NCBI GenBank assembly: GCA_964016885.1
Contig: OZ024745.1
Span: 55,366,001 to 55,430,000 of the forward strand
Direction of reading: 5' to 3'
Origin: Eledone cirrhosa
Lineage: Eukaryota
Length of the DNA stretch: 64,000 nt
Below the pieces are notes generated by a model that worked only from the letters and a program-made list of their open reading frames with translations, was not told the origin of the DNA and did no database searches. A program made the position numbers and the translations under genes. Below, in pieces: positions 38,621-51,607 of the stretch. The stretch's first letter is position 1, and each line of letters starts with the position of its first letter.

Positions 38621-39943
38621 AGTATATGTTTCAGAAAAGTGCATTGATTAATGAGAAGAGATAACTACATTTAGAAAATTGAAATATTATATTTTTCAAA
38701 TTATTGTTACCGTTTATCTCCAAGCTAAACATGATACAACAGGTATGAAGCACAACATGACATTACATTTATTTTAAGATTGAAATACAATTTAGATATT
38801 ATATCTAGGAGTTAGTGCGACCTGGCAGAAATTGTTTCATTATTTGATATTGATTTGAGTGATGCTAGAAAATTAAATTAATCACTTTAAGCTTCTTCGT
38901 GAATGTTAACCGTCACATCATGATGAAATGTATTTAATGAAACTGTCGATATGATTGAGAAAAGCGAGATTCCCTTTCTTTTAATTCAACGTTCAGCTTA
39001 TTTCCGTTAACTTATCGACTAAGTTACACATCCTTTCTAAAACAATGATACATTCCGAAATAAGAGTTGAATCATCATAAATCAAAACATGCTGTCATTA
39101 AACGTACGGTATCTAAGATTACAATGAATAATGTAATGTTGGGAAAATGAATGCTTGAAACGAAACGAAATAAATTTCGTTGTACGCAGAATCAGCCTAA
39201 GTATGAACTCGTACAACATAGCAAAAGTATATCTCTCCTACATTGTATTTTTCAAACGAATTATTTCATTACTGAACGATTAGATGGTGTGTGATATATT
39301 CAAAATTCGACTTAAGTATTTCGAATTATTAAATGAAAAGAAAAAATTTAGAATGAATTAAATATATTATAAAACTGATAATATATTTTTTAACATTCCC
39401 CAAAATGAGACAGCACACACACACAGAATGCACACACGCATAAACACACAAACATAAACAAACACTGCGCACCTCACATATTCACAGTGGTAATGCCATC
39501 CTATTCTAATGAGATTCCCAATTAATCTCCCGTTTTTTTTATCAATCTTCGTATATTGAGTGGGTGACCAGCCATTCTTCTATTCCAGTGCATCAGGCTT
39601 TACACTTAGCTCCATGTATATGCCTAGAGAGATGGCTGTGCATTAAGGAAAGAATCAATATCCCGAGGAGTTGGCGTAATAGCGCTTGTCTAAAAACAAG
39701 GAATGATTTTGTCTAGAGTTGCTCCCACGTTTCGAAACACGTTATACGTAATTTCAAAATTCCAGACTGACTACACAACGTGATCACAGGACCTAATAAC
39801 AGGAATAATCTATTATATTCTGAGTTTTTACAGTCGTCTCCCATCATAAATCTAACGTGAGTTATCTCCTTTGTGAAGTGATTTCTTCTGCACATGCGTA
39901 CACGGATAATTATTTTTTCCTTTACCGAATAAACTCATTTAAA

Positions 39944-39984
39944 CCGAGCTGAAGATCCGACTAAGGTGGAACAATTATTCTCGG
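39944..39984 (+). ncRNA. Hammerhead ribozyme, mutated core (family of 35841)
   Basis: ccgag-CTGAAGA-tccgactaaggt-GGAA-caatta-TT-ctcgg; same ttaaaccgag / ttctcggaaat flanks as 35841. Confidence 0.65.
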
Positions 39985-40018
39985 AAATGGGGAACTAACA
40001 GTTAATTCACCATTTATA

Positions 40019-40050
<32 letters not shown>

Positions 40051-40083
40051 CATGTGGAGAGGAGGCTCACGGGCTAGGATATA

Positions 40084-40710
40084 TATATATATGAAAACAG
40101 GGAGTAAGAGACGATTATTAAGAAGAAAAGTTTTTTTGCTTTTTTGTTTCTCTCTCTTTTTTTTCTGGGTTAGAATATCATTAAAACGAAATGGATCAAC
40201 TAAGCACTCTTGCTATATTAACACATTTTGATCTGCTTAACTTCAAGAACTATGCCTGTAAATAAAATTATTTTTCTTCACGTTGACTTTTTATGCTCTA
40301 CATTATGCCCGTTCTCTTTTTCTTTTTTCTTTTTTTCTTTTTTCTTTTTTCTTTTTTCTTCTTTTTTTTTCTTTTCACTTCAAAAACCATGTTTGTAAAT
40401 AACATTATTCTTTCTGCACCTTCTCTTTAACATGTGTGACACCACACTAATACATTTCACTATCATTTGATAATGCATAAAAATGCTGAAACCGGTAATA
40501 GACAATTATTAAATATATAAATGGATAAATAAATGGCATTGTTAAATAATAAATAAATCAACTAATAATTTAACACTTCACACAAAGTAAAACTTTTCGT
40601 TTTAATCATTTTCTAACCCAGAAAAAAGAGAGAGAAAAACAAAAAAGGAAAAAAAAAATATTTTTCTTCCTAATAATCGTCTCTTTCTCCCTGTTTTCAT
40701 ATATATATAT
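40084..40710 (+). mobile_element. Fold-back element with ~105-bp inverted arms in (TA)n and degenerate HHR
   Basis: 40084-40191 is the reverse complement of 40595-40710. At 40460-40501: TTGATAA-tgcataaaaatgct-GAAA-ccgg-TA-atag (palindrome ACCGGT). Confidence 0.75.
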
Positions 40711-41244
40711 TATGAATGCGATGGCTAGCATACATCTAAGACAAAGAGACAGTGATAAGACAATATCACCAGGTGTAACATGTAACACAACACAACCGAA
40801 CCACCTGTAATCATTATCGGCAGGTACTCGTAACAATCTCTGCACCCTACTTAAGTATCGTGTGTTAACCTGAAAAATGACCTTAGTAATCTAAAATGGA
40901 AAATAGTAATCTCTCTTTCCCTCTCTCTTTCGCTCACTCTCTCTCTCTCTCTCTCTCCCTCTCTCTCTAGCTTTCTTTATGTATAAATATCTATGTGTGT
41001 ATGTGTGCTTGTTTAGTTTGTATTTGTGTGTCCCTGTGATTATTAGTATTGAGCCATATTCGGATATTATATTCATTGTAATATTTTTATTAATTTCAAC
41101 AGATATATTCTCAGTACAATAGAAATGCCTTTTTTCATAGGGAGCAAAATTATTTTAAAAAATGTTTATATAGTTTGCCTTTAACAACACAAGCAAACTA
41201 TACCATGCAGACACAAATACCCCACACACGCACGCATATGTATA

Positions 41245-41289
<45 letters not shown>

Positions 41290-41306
41290 GTATGTATATA
41301 TATGAC

Positions 41307-41404
<98 letters not shown>

Positions 41405-41830
41405 TTGTGTGAGGGTCAGTGTCTAAATGTGTCTCTGTGTGTATTTCTATGTTTGTGTTCAATCATTGTATATTAATATATACATATGCACAAGGAAAAA
41501 CAGTTTAACTTAGATATATGATAAGCGATGCGAATAGGTCAAAGAAAACATACGAAGTATTATAAAATTGTAGCCTTCTTTGATATTCAGTAGATTTATA
41601 TTCAAGAGGAAGATTCAATATTTGTTCTTAAAGGTCATTACAACATTGAAACAACTTACACACCTTTATCATATTAAACTTGAATATTCACTATATCTTC
41701 ATCAGTTTCACATAATTATTGGCGCCAGAGGAAGAATCTAGAGAATATATAACTATAGAGATATAGTATGTTTTTCTATAATGCGATTGCAAGAATCACT
41801 CACACACTCACACACAGGCACAAACAGGCA

Positions 41831-41961
<131 letters not shown>

Positions 41962-42731
41962 TTTGATAATATCAAAATGGAAATAAACATTATAATTTCA
42001 ATAACATTTTGACAATATTTCTACTAGACTATAAATGGCGTACTAAACTATATTGACAGTAGGTTCTTGGCATGGAGCCTCATGTTATGAAACTTGCACA
42101 TTATATAGAAAACAAAATCTTACAAACTGTAAATTTTATTTCAAATACATTTGTTGTATAAGGTGTAGTCTAAAACAGTCTAATATTTCATAATAATTGA
42201 ACAATGGAATGTCAAAATCTTTAAATGATCGTAGAAAACGCATTAAATTATTCGATGCTTATCGATACCGCCTAAATTCAAATACGCCTAAGAACAATTC
42301 TCTTTTCAAATAGTAGTATATTATACATTTCTTTTTTGATTTTATCTGAGCAGGTTGCATGAAATGCTGTTTACTAATAGAAAATATTATATTGTTTGCA
42401 AGTTGCATTTTCACCTGTGCGTAAACTAATTCATATTTCTGAATATTTCTTATGATTTCAATGACGGAATATTTTCTTTTCTAGCTCAAATGATTCCTGC
42501 CTCATGCAATACTATTTTCAAGAATAAGTCCATTGTCACCGCTATTGTTTGGAAAACAATCTGAGCAAACATAAAGAGTGTTGTCAAATAACAATATCTA
42601 AACCCGAAGATTTACGTACATAATATCCATGAACATTCCAGTGTGCTATGGTTGACTGGAGACACACGTGTATACTTTTCTTTTCCGATGCATCACTGAT
42701 TCTTCATTTTCTTCATCATATATATATATAT

Positions 42732-42773
42732 AAATATTTGCTTGTTGTATCCTAACAATTTAAGTAGAACTTC

Positions 42774-42837
<64 letters not shown>

Positions 42838-43135
42838 GAAGTTCTACTTAAATTGTTAGGATACAACAAGCAAATATTTTATTAACTGTTATAAAGCACT
42901 CAACAAATAATTGGAGTAAAAATACGATATTAACAAATGGAAACTATATTTATAAAACCATATTTATTTCATTATACATATTTCAAGGACAACACCAAGT
43001 TAAATTATGGTGAGCTTTCATCAGATAAAATATAATATAGAGCAGTTTTATAAATAAATATTGACATACCCTTGAAATATGTATAATGAAATAAATATGG
43101 TTTTATAAATATAGTTTCCATTTGTTAATATCGTA
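42732..43135 (-). mobile_element. HHR mini-element with inverted duplications at both ends
   Basis: 42732-42778 mirrors 42833-42879 across (TA)n, and 43070-43135 mirrors 42918-42987. Related to the 11.2-12.3-kb family. Confidence 0.82.
42965..43032 (-). ncRNA. Hammerhead ribozyme
   Basis: Reverse complement reads tattttat-CTGATGA-aagctcacca..tggtgttgtcctt-GAAA-tatgta-TA-atgaaata. Confidence 0.82.
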
Positions 43136-43145
43136 TATATATATA

Positions 43146-43417
43146 TGGAAAATGAAGAATCAGTGATGCATCGGAACACAAATTTATTACGTATTACAAT
43201 TGTCTCTCCGGCGAACAGCTAGAGGTGCGATCTGTTTGTGGACCGAACCTGACTCTGGATTCGCAAGTTCCTTAGATAATCCAGGGTCAGGTTCGACTGC
43301 GAATCCAGAGTCAACTTCGATTCACAAACAGATCGCACCTCGAGCTGTTCACCGGAGAAACAATTGTAATACGTAATACATTTGTATTCCGATGTATCAC
43401 TGATTCTTCGTTTTCCA
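43146..43417. mobile_element. Fold-back element with ~120-bp inverted arms
   Basis: 43146-43266 is the reverse complement of ~43298-43417. A third copy of the terminus (ccgatgcatcactgattcttcattttc) is at 42685-42711. Confidence 0.8.
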
Positions 43418-43504
43418 TATTATCATATTATCATATTCTGCTCTGAAGGAACATAGAATGCTCAACCGCCATTCCGCCTATGGATTCATCCAAGCAACCT
43501 TACT

Positions 43505-43540
<36 letters not shown>

Positions 43541-43570
43541 AGATCAAAAGATGGTTAAAGGAGTTCCATG

Positions 43571-43641
43571 TATTTTATTATGCGCATTTCAAAAACAAAC
43601 ATCATCATGCAATAATATTTGTGTTTTCATCAGATAAAACA
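43571..43641 (-). ncRNA. Hammerhead ribozyme in pLTR
   Basis: Reverse complement reads tgttttat-CTGATGA-aaacacaaatattattgcatgatgatgtttgttttt-GAAA-tgcgca-TA-ataaaata. Confidence 0.87.
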
Positions 43642-44676
43642 GGAGAACATGATATGAAGGCTAAAAAACACTTGTGGATAGTGCAGTTTTAAATCAACAT
43701 ATGAAAAGTGGTTTTAGATTGTTGTGTGATATTGGGAAAAATATTTTATTTAGAGAGGGGGGGGGGGGTGGAAAGGATGAAAAAGGGAAGGAGATGAGAG
43801 GTTAGAGATGGGTGATAGAGAGAAAGAGATAGTTTTTATAACTGAGAGGAGATATATTGTTTTACATAGAGAGGTTGAAAACCGTTGGAAGATAATGTAT
43901 AAATTAAAAATTAAAAAAAATTTTGAAAATTAACGAAGGGAGGATATGTGCGAGGAAAAAATATTTTATTTAGGGAGGGGGGGGAGGATGAAAAAAGGGG
44001 GAGGAGATGAGAGTTAAGGTGGAGAGGGAGAGATGGGTGATAGAGAGAAAGAGAAAGTTTTTATAACTGAGAAAAAGATATATAGTTTTACATAGAGAGG
44101 TTGGGAACCGTTGGAAGATAATGTATAAATTAAAGGAATTTGAAAATTAACGAAGGGAATTTATGTATGAAGATAGAGAGAAAAATAAAATAATTGTGGA
44201 TGAATATTCTAACGTCAAAAAAAGAAATGTATGTTGATAAGATATTGTGGCAATTTCAAAATTAACGAAGAGAAAAATTATTAAGGTTTGTGTGTAGATG
44301 GATTTGAGAAAAATAATGTGGAGTTAAAGTTTGTATATTGAAGGAATTGATAATATATGCGAATAAAGAGTTAATATGTATTAATAATGAGTTCGTTGAT
44401 GGGGAGAAAAAAATAATAAATTAAGGATGAAATTGAGATTAAAAAGATTTATGATAGAGAGAAAAAATAATAATGATTGCGGATGAATATTCTAACGTCA
44501 AAATAACAAATGTATATGTTATGATTTTACAAGGTGGATATAGAATGAGGGTAATGAGTAAACAAGTATTATAGAGTGTATAATGACCTTTAAAGTAAGG
44601 TAGATGGGTATATTTTAAAGAGGTGTATGTATATGTGCCTTTGAGAAAAGATTCTAAATTGATAAAGAATTGAATA

Positions 44677-45809
44677 TTAACTGTATACTTTGTGAAAAGT
44701 TCTATGGAATTTATGCAGGCAGATAGAAAACAAATCTGTACGTCTATTTATTATAGAATCTAGGTTAGAGATAATGGTAGATTTTTCATTTAGGCAGAGA
44801 TTACAGATTTTAGATAGAGAGCTGTTCAAGTATGAGGATGCAGAAGAAATCTTCTTCCAAAAGATGGTATATTTAATGTTTTTGTCTTTTAAGGACCATA
44901 TGAGTTCTGAGAGAGCAGTGTTGGTTCTTTTAAGTTTGTATTTGAAAGATGAATGATGATTATAGAGACGAGCTTTAAAAGAGGTGGAAGTGGAGCCAAA
45001 ATAGGTGAAGGAATTGGTGCTAGTTATAATTTTACATTCATAAATTAAGTTTTTATCGAGACAATGGTTGTTGAGAGGACATTTATTTTTAATGCGGCAG
45101 TTGCAATTAGAGAGATTATTAATGAGTGACCTAGTGTTATCTATAGAAGGAATTGGATTGGAGAAGTTGTTTGCGATAGGAATAATAGGAATAATAGTTT
45201 CTTGATTTAGAGTTGGATTATGAACATTTAGCGAAGTTGTGTTTGACGTTGTATTTGGGTTTACAGAAGTTAGCCTAGGGTTTATAATGACGTCGGGAGT
45301 ACTATTACTGTTGTTATGAAATTCAATATTGGAAGGAAGAGATTTAGTATTTAGTATTTTATTGTTGTGTTTAGAGATGATGTTGGAAATATTGGAGGAT
45401 GTAGAATACGAAAATTTGATGGTGTGTTTGTTAAATATTTTACTATAGATATGTGAGGGAGGGAAGCATTTATTTAAGGCACTAAAAATAATTTAGGAAT
45501 ATTGTTATTAATAGAGATGGAGAAAGGAGCATTATACCAGATTATGTTTTTGTATCTAGGTCTTTTATTAAAATTATTGGAATGGTCATGATTAATTATT
45601 CTACTGTAAGTTTTTCTAGAATGTGTTTCTTTACTATATTTGATTTTATCTGGATAGCCGGCTTTAGAAAGTGCGTTATTATAGTAATTGGCGTTAGCAT
45701 CAAAGATGTTTTTATTAGAAGATATGTTAGATATTCTTTTTCCAATATTATTAACTATAGCATTCTTGATATTGGTAGGATGGTTAGATTTAAAGTTAAC
45801 ATAATTTAG
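44677..45809 (-). pseudogene. PLE ORF remnant: RT thumb, linker, CxCx5Cx5C motif, GIY-YIG endonuclease (missing from the ORF track)
   Basis: Manual translation: [42 protein letters not shown] (frameshift ~45482) ..KCFPPSH..HNNKIL..CNCRIKNKCPLNNHCL..NLIY..YFGST..FKARLYNH..CNLCLNEK..NRRTDLFSICLHK..stop at 44677. Confidence 0.92.
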
Positions 45810-45828
45810 TTAACATTAAGTTAACATA

Positions 45829-46086
<258 letters not shown>

Positions 46087-46807
46087 AAACTTCGTTCTCT
46101 AACCATCTTACACTACAATGACGTCTATCTGATCTCTACCTATCGGGACTTTTCTAAAGAATGTCATCTGTCCGAACTGTTGAAACCTCGGCTTCCTGTG
46201 TAATTTTGCCTCCTGTGCTCTGTTTGTTTTATATATTAACTATATATATATATATATATATACAGCAAGAAAGAAAGAGATGGAGGAGAGAGAAAGAGAG
46301 AGAGGGAGAGAGAGATAGAGAGAGAGTCTATATATGTGTATCAAGTTGAAGAATAAAAACTATCCACTACATTGTATATGTATTTTTGTCCGTTTAATCT
46401 CCCTTAAGTTTTAACGTGTTCCCGACTATATATGACGTTGTTTGCCTTTTCGAATTGTTCGTATTTGGAGACATCCGGATACGTGTTTGGTAAAAAGACT
46501 ATATTTTCTTATCATTTATTGCTTCCGAAGTATTCAATATAGAGTAATAAAATACTACTTTATTCTGATTTTGAGAGAAAGGTGTGTAAATCAATTGAAT
46601 AATGTATTAAACCCTGGTTATTTATCTATTCATTTCATACATGTTCTTTGACATTGGATTAAACTCTGAATAGTCTTTGGCCATCTTACAATGACAATAA
46701 AATCACATTCGAGCTTTGAATAACTCTTTGCCTTATATAGATGTATTATCACCTCATCGATTCTACCTTCTATGTTTATATATATACGTATATATATATA
46801 TATATAC

Positions 46808-46949
<142 letters not shown>

Positions 46950-48119
46950 ACGTATGCGTTTGTGTGTGTTTAACATAAGGCTTAATATAATTTTTCTTTA
47001 ATTGCCAGATGTTAGCATATTTTCAGGTCTTAACGCGTGGTAACAATAACGCAATCGCTTGGGTGGTAAAACTATTTGTTTTCATAAACATAAGCGAATT
47101 TGACAATCGTACTGTGTATAAATGCAGATGGTCATATTATATGAATATATTCTAAAACCAATTTCTATTTTTTTTTCTGTAACAAATCAAACGCTGGTAA
47201 ATAGAAAATACATTACACGAATTTGACAAATGGAGTGAGTAATGTTAACCTATTTTAAAAAAATTGATATTATAACACATCAAATATTATTTTTAGAATG
47301 CGAATTTATATTTCTTATGCACTATAGTATCCGATCGGTGAACTTATCTCGTTAAATTCCTATTGAAATTTTAAATTCAAATTTAGAAATAATGGTATAC
47401 ACTATTTGAAACATAATGCTGGTTTCTCAACACAACTTATATGTGTAACATGTTATATTGAAACATATAAATGTGTTTATTAAAGGTTGTAAACTTTAAG
47501 TTGCAGCAAATTAAAAAAATTTACAAAACGCGCAATAGCAAACTTATAGCAAATTAAGAAAACAAACAAAACATTATGCATATAACAAAATAATTCTGCA
47601 AATATAATTCACAGTCAACTAAAACCTTTTTCTAAGAAAGTTATATCAACTAAATGCCATTAATGTTTCTTGAAGTTAACGATTTCGATTACACGGTTAT
47701 GTTTCTGACATGAGACTTTAAATTAATTAACAAAACTTCTATTCTGACACTTTCAACTGCATTGATTAGAAACATGTTAAGCTAGATTGCATGGATTGCA
47801 ACCTTGCCTGTTTGATAGCTGTCTTTGTAACGTAACATTTATTTTATTTTATTTTTCGAATGACACATCATTTAGACAAGCATATCTGTTGAAACCATGC
47901 GTTGAGCAAGTTGGGTTGAGTTGTATATCATGCAACTCCCAGAAAATTAGAAAATGTAAAGAAATATGAAAAACAGAATATGGAAAAAAAATAGTGATTG
48001 AGAATATGGTAGTGAGAAAAAAATAAACAGACATGAAATGACATAAATTTATGTGAAGTCCTTTACATGAATAGTTTTAAAAAAAGGAGAAAATTGAATA
48101 CTGAAAGCATGAAAACACC

Positions 48120-48226
<107 letters not shown>

Positions 48227-50645
48227 GAGAGCGAGAGAGAGTTGAAAATTGAATGCAAATCAAAACTGAAACTGTGTCATGAACAGACTCAAAGGGAAAC
48301 AATTGAAAGAAATAGTAGCAACATAACAGAAATAAAATAATTACAATAGTCTGAATGTTATTGATAGCAAATGATGACAAATTGAGAACAATAAGTGAAG
48401 GAATGTGAATAATATAGATTACTAAGAAGGTTAAATATAAAGCGTGATGACGATTAAATACAACGCAGGGAATAAGAAATAGAAGAGTAAAACTGAAAAA
48501 ATATAGAAATGACAAAATTTAAGAAACCGAGTTAGCATTAATTTTTGCAACGGGAAATTGTAACAAGCACTTTCCTATATAGTCATCACAGTATTCATAA
48601 TCGATCGGCTGTTTCTAGAGTGACACCTATCGTTTATTCTGTTATATTTCGGCTCAGTAATATTGACGTGGCTCGAGGGAAATTCTCAATGTCCCGGTAG
48701 CTGCTTTTGTATAATTGGTATTATCGTTGTAAGAAGTGAGAAGATAACCAGTGTTGCGCCTTCGCCGATGTCTGAATAGGCCTAAAAGTGAATGGAACCA
48801 AAATACTGGAACTTAGCAACCACCAATGGAATTGGCCTATTGAGGTTTAATATTTCACACATCTATAGTTATCTGCAGGTTTGCGGAGACGTGATGAAGT
48901 TATTCTTGAAGTGATAAAACATTCTTCAAAAAGGCCTGTTTACATATTCTCCTGTTCCATTCTAGGCGATTATGTCGAAATCTATCTGAGTATTTAACGT
49001 TGAAGACTTTATTGATGTGCAAATGTTCAAAGAACTTGAGTGGGTTGTGTCAAATTCCTTTATATCATATTATCCCGTTTCATTGATGCTAGGGTTTCCA
49101 ATCGTTTCTGCGAACTAGAATACTCCCTTAATAATACTTAGTTGCAAGACAAAGATAAGACGAAAATACATAAATATTTAAATATTTATGATATCTAGTG
49201 AACTCACGCGCGCTGACCACACTTAAAATATGTTATCTCTCATAGGTTTAGCAAGAGCTCTTTGTGGGGAATCAGTGGGATCTGGAGGAATGTACTACGA
49301 AAGCAACCTTAAACGATGTGAACATATGCCAGATAAATCAACAGAAGATATATTACAAAGGGACGGAATAATCGTGAATCAAAATATGGAACGTGTTCGG
49401 GAAGGACTCCAACACAAGTGACTGTTTTTCGGAACGCAGTCTAACGTGTCTATAGTCCTAGATATGATAGAAGTATAACATCGTATGTCTTTTTTTAAAT
49501 TTATAGAATGATTGTAATGTTATCGTCGATGTAGCAATCTAGACGAGATCCGTATTAGAAAATAGACTCTCAACATTTTTTTACATGATTTATATGTCTT
49601 CTGGCGCTGCCAAATATATATGTATCCTTGATATAGTCAGCTAGTGATTATTTCGAATATAGAAATGGAAGAAATTAAAATATTACTATTGGAGAATTAT
49701 CTTAACACTTTACTTAACGGAGCAGTACACATATATAAGTAACTGGATTGCGCCTGTGTACGATGGTTTATTATATTAAATAATAATTGTTTCTATTTTT
49801 GGCACACGGCCAGCAATTACCCAGTGCATTACTGGTATGTCATCTAAATATGCAGTATATTGGATAGAGGTGAAGCAAATATAATCTTGTTGCATAGTAT
49901 GTAGATCGTGGGCGTACATTTGGCCAATGTTACACGGAAAAGTTTCTTAACATGTGAATGAATATGACGCAAATATGAATTAATCTATAATGAGTTTTAA
50001 TATTTTGTGTAATATAAATACTTTAATCTCAGTCGAAATCCAGAAATGAGATTGAAGACGTTTGGATATTACTATGAATATTTATTTTCATTCTTTCGAA
50101 CTTGTTTAAGCCATCTCTATAAAATACTATCCAAATTTTACACCACAGAATTCCCTATCAATATGTCTCAATTCGGTGGAATACATGTTATTGGAAATTA
50201 GTCATGGATGTACTATTGTACGTATTCTCAAAATATAAACGCCAGTATATATTGCAAGTCTATGAGAATATACGCAGCTTTGAAGTAATATGTGTGAAAA
50301 TATAGCAAGATTGATCGTGCTGATCTCACTCTGCTGAACTACATGCCAAACGTTGAGTTAGGTGTTGAAACACAAAACACAGTTCAGCATCTTTCACCAC
50401 AATTATTATGCCACCGAGTAGTTTATTATTAGACAATTCTTGCATGTGTTACAATAGTCAGCTAAGCCTTTACTTCATTCAGACAAACTCATTCTAAATA
50501 CCATTTATATATTTCTCACTTCTAAAAATGTTCTGCACATAGTAAAGCCCAAACATTGCATAATCAAGGACTTGGATATTCATGACCAGAAATATATTCA
50601 TCCACATCTGTGCAGATTGTAATTCTCCTTGGCAGACAACTCAAT

Positions 50646-50974
<329 letters not shown>

Positions 50975-51560
50975 CACCAAATCCGACGAACAGATCAATA
51001 TTGAAGTTGTGTCGAGAGATTCTATAGCTGACATTGAGCCCATAATCTGTAAAACGCGCGTAATGACACCATAATCAATAAAACATAATAGACTGTAAAT
51101 GAAATTTATCTTATATATACATTTATGTATATATGAAAAGAGTCAGGAACCCGACGGCAGAGCTCAAGCCGTTTCAGCATCTATTTCTGGACTGGTGCGT
51201 TATGATCCACCTATATATATATATACACACATATATATATATATATGTGTGTGTGTGTGCGTGTGTATGTGTGTGTATCTGTGTGGGTGTGTGTGTGTGT
51301 GTGTACATAAATATATATATAAGATAAAACCGACTAAGTTTATATGCATTCAAATATATATATATTTGAATGCATATTCTAATACGTTCGTACATCCATA
51401 TCAATAACTTCATTTATATATGAATCAATAAATATAGAACAAGTTATATTAACTACGCATTTTTCAAATGATGTGGACATATTTGTGTTGTTCTCATTAC
51501 ACATTTCTCGTTTCATTGATCTACATGTTACTACTACAACCATCATAACTACTACTACTG

Positions 51561-51607
<47 letters not shown>

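Larger units (their letters stand above)
43535..45831 (-). mobile_element. 5'-truncated Penelope-like element (Naiad-like), relative of 6272-8842, within (TA)n
   Basis: pLTR at 43535-~43900 is homologous to 8522-8842; ORF remnant present; (TA)n on both sides. Confidence 0.92.

Noticed and set aside
44677-45120. Selenocysteine (UGA) recoding or SECIS, as reported for some Naiad PLEs
   Set aside because: The visible Cys codons are TGC/TGT in both copies and I found no convincing SECIS. The RT core is absent, so this cannot be excluded for full-length elements.
46145-46200. CTAAAGA..GAAAcctcgg HHR-like motif (also 50981-51025 CCGACGA..GAGA)
   Set aside because: Too many core and stem mismatches to call, although both lie next to microsatellites.
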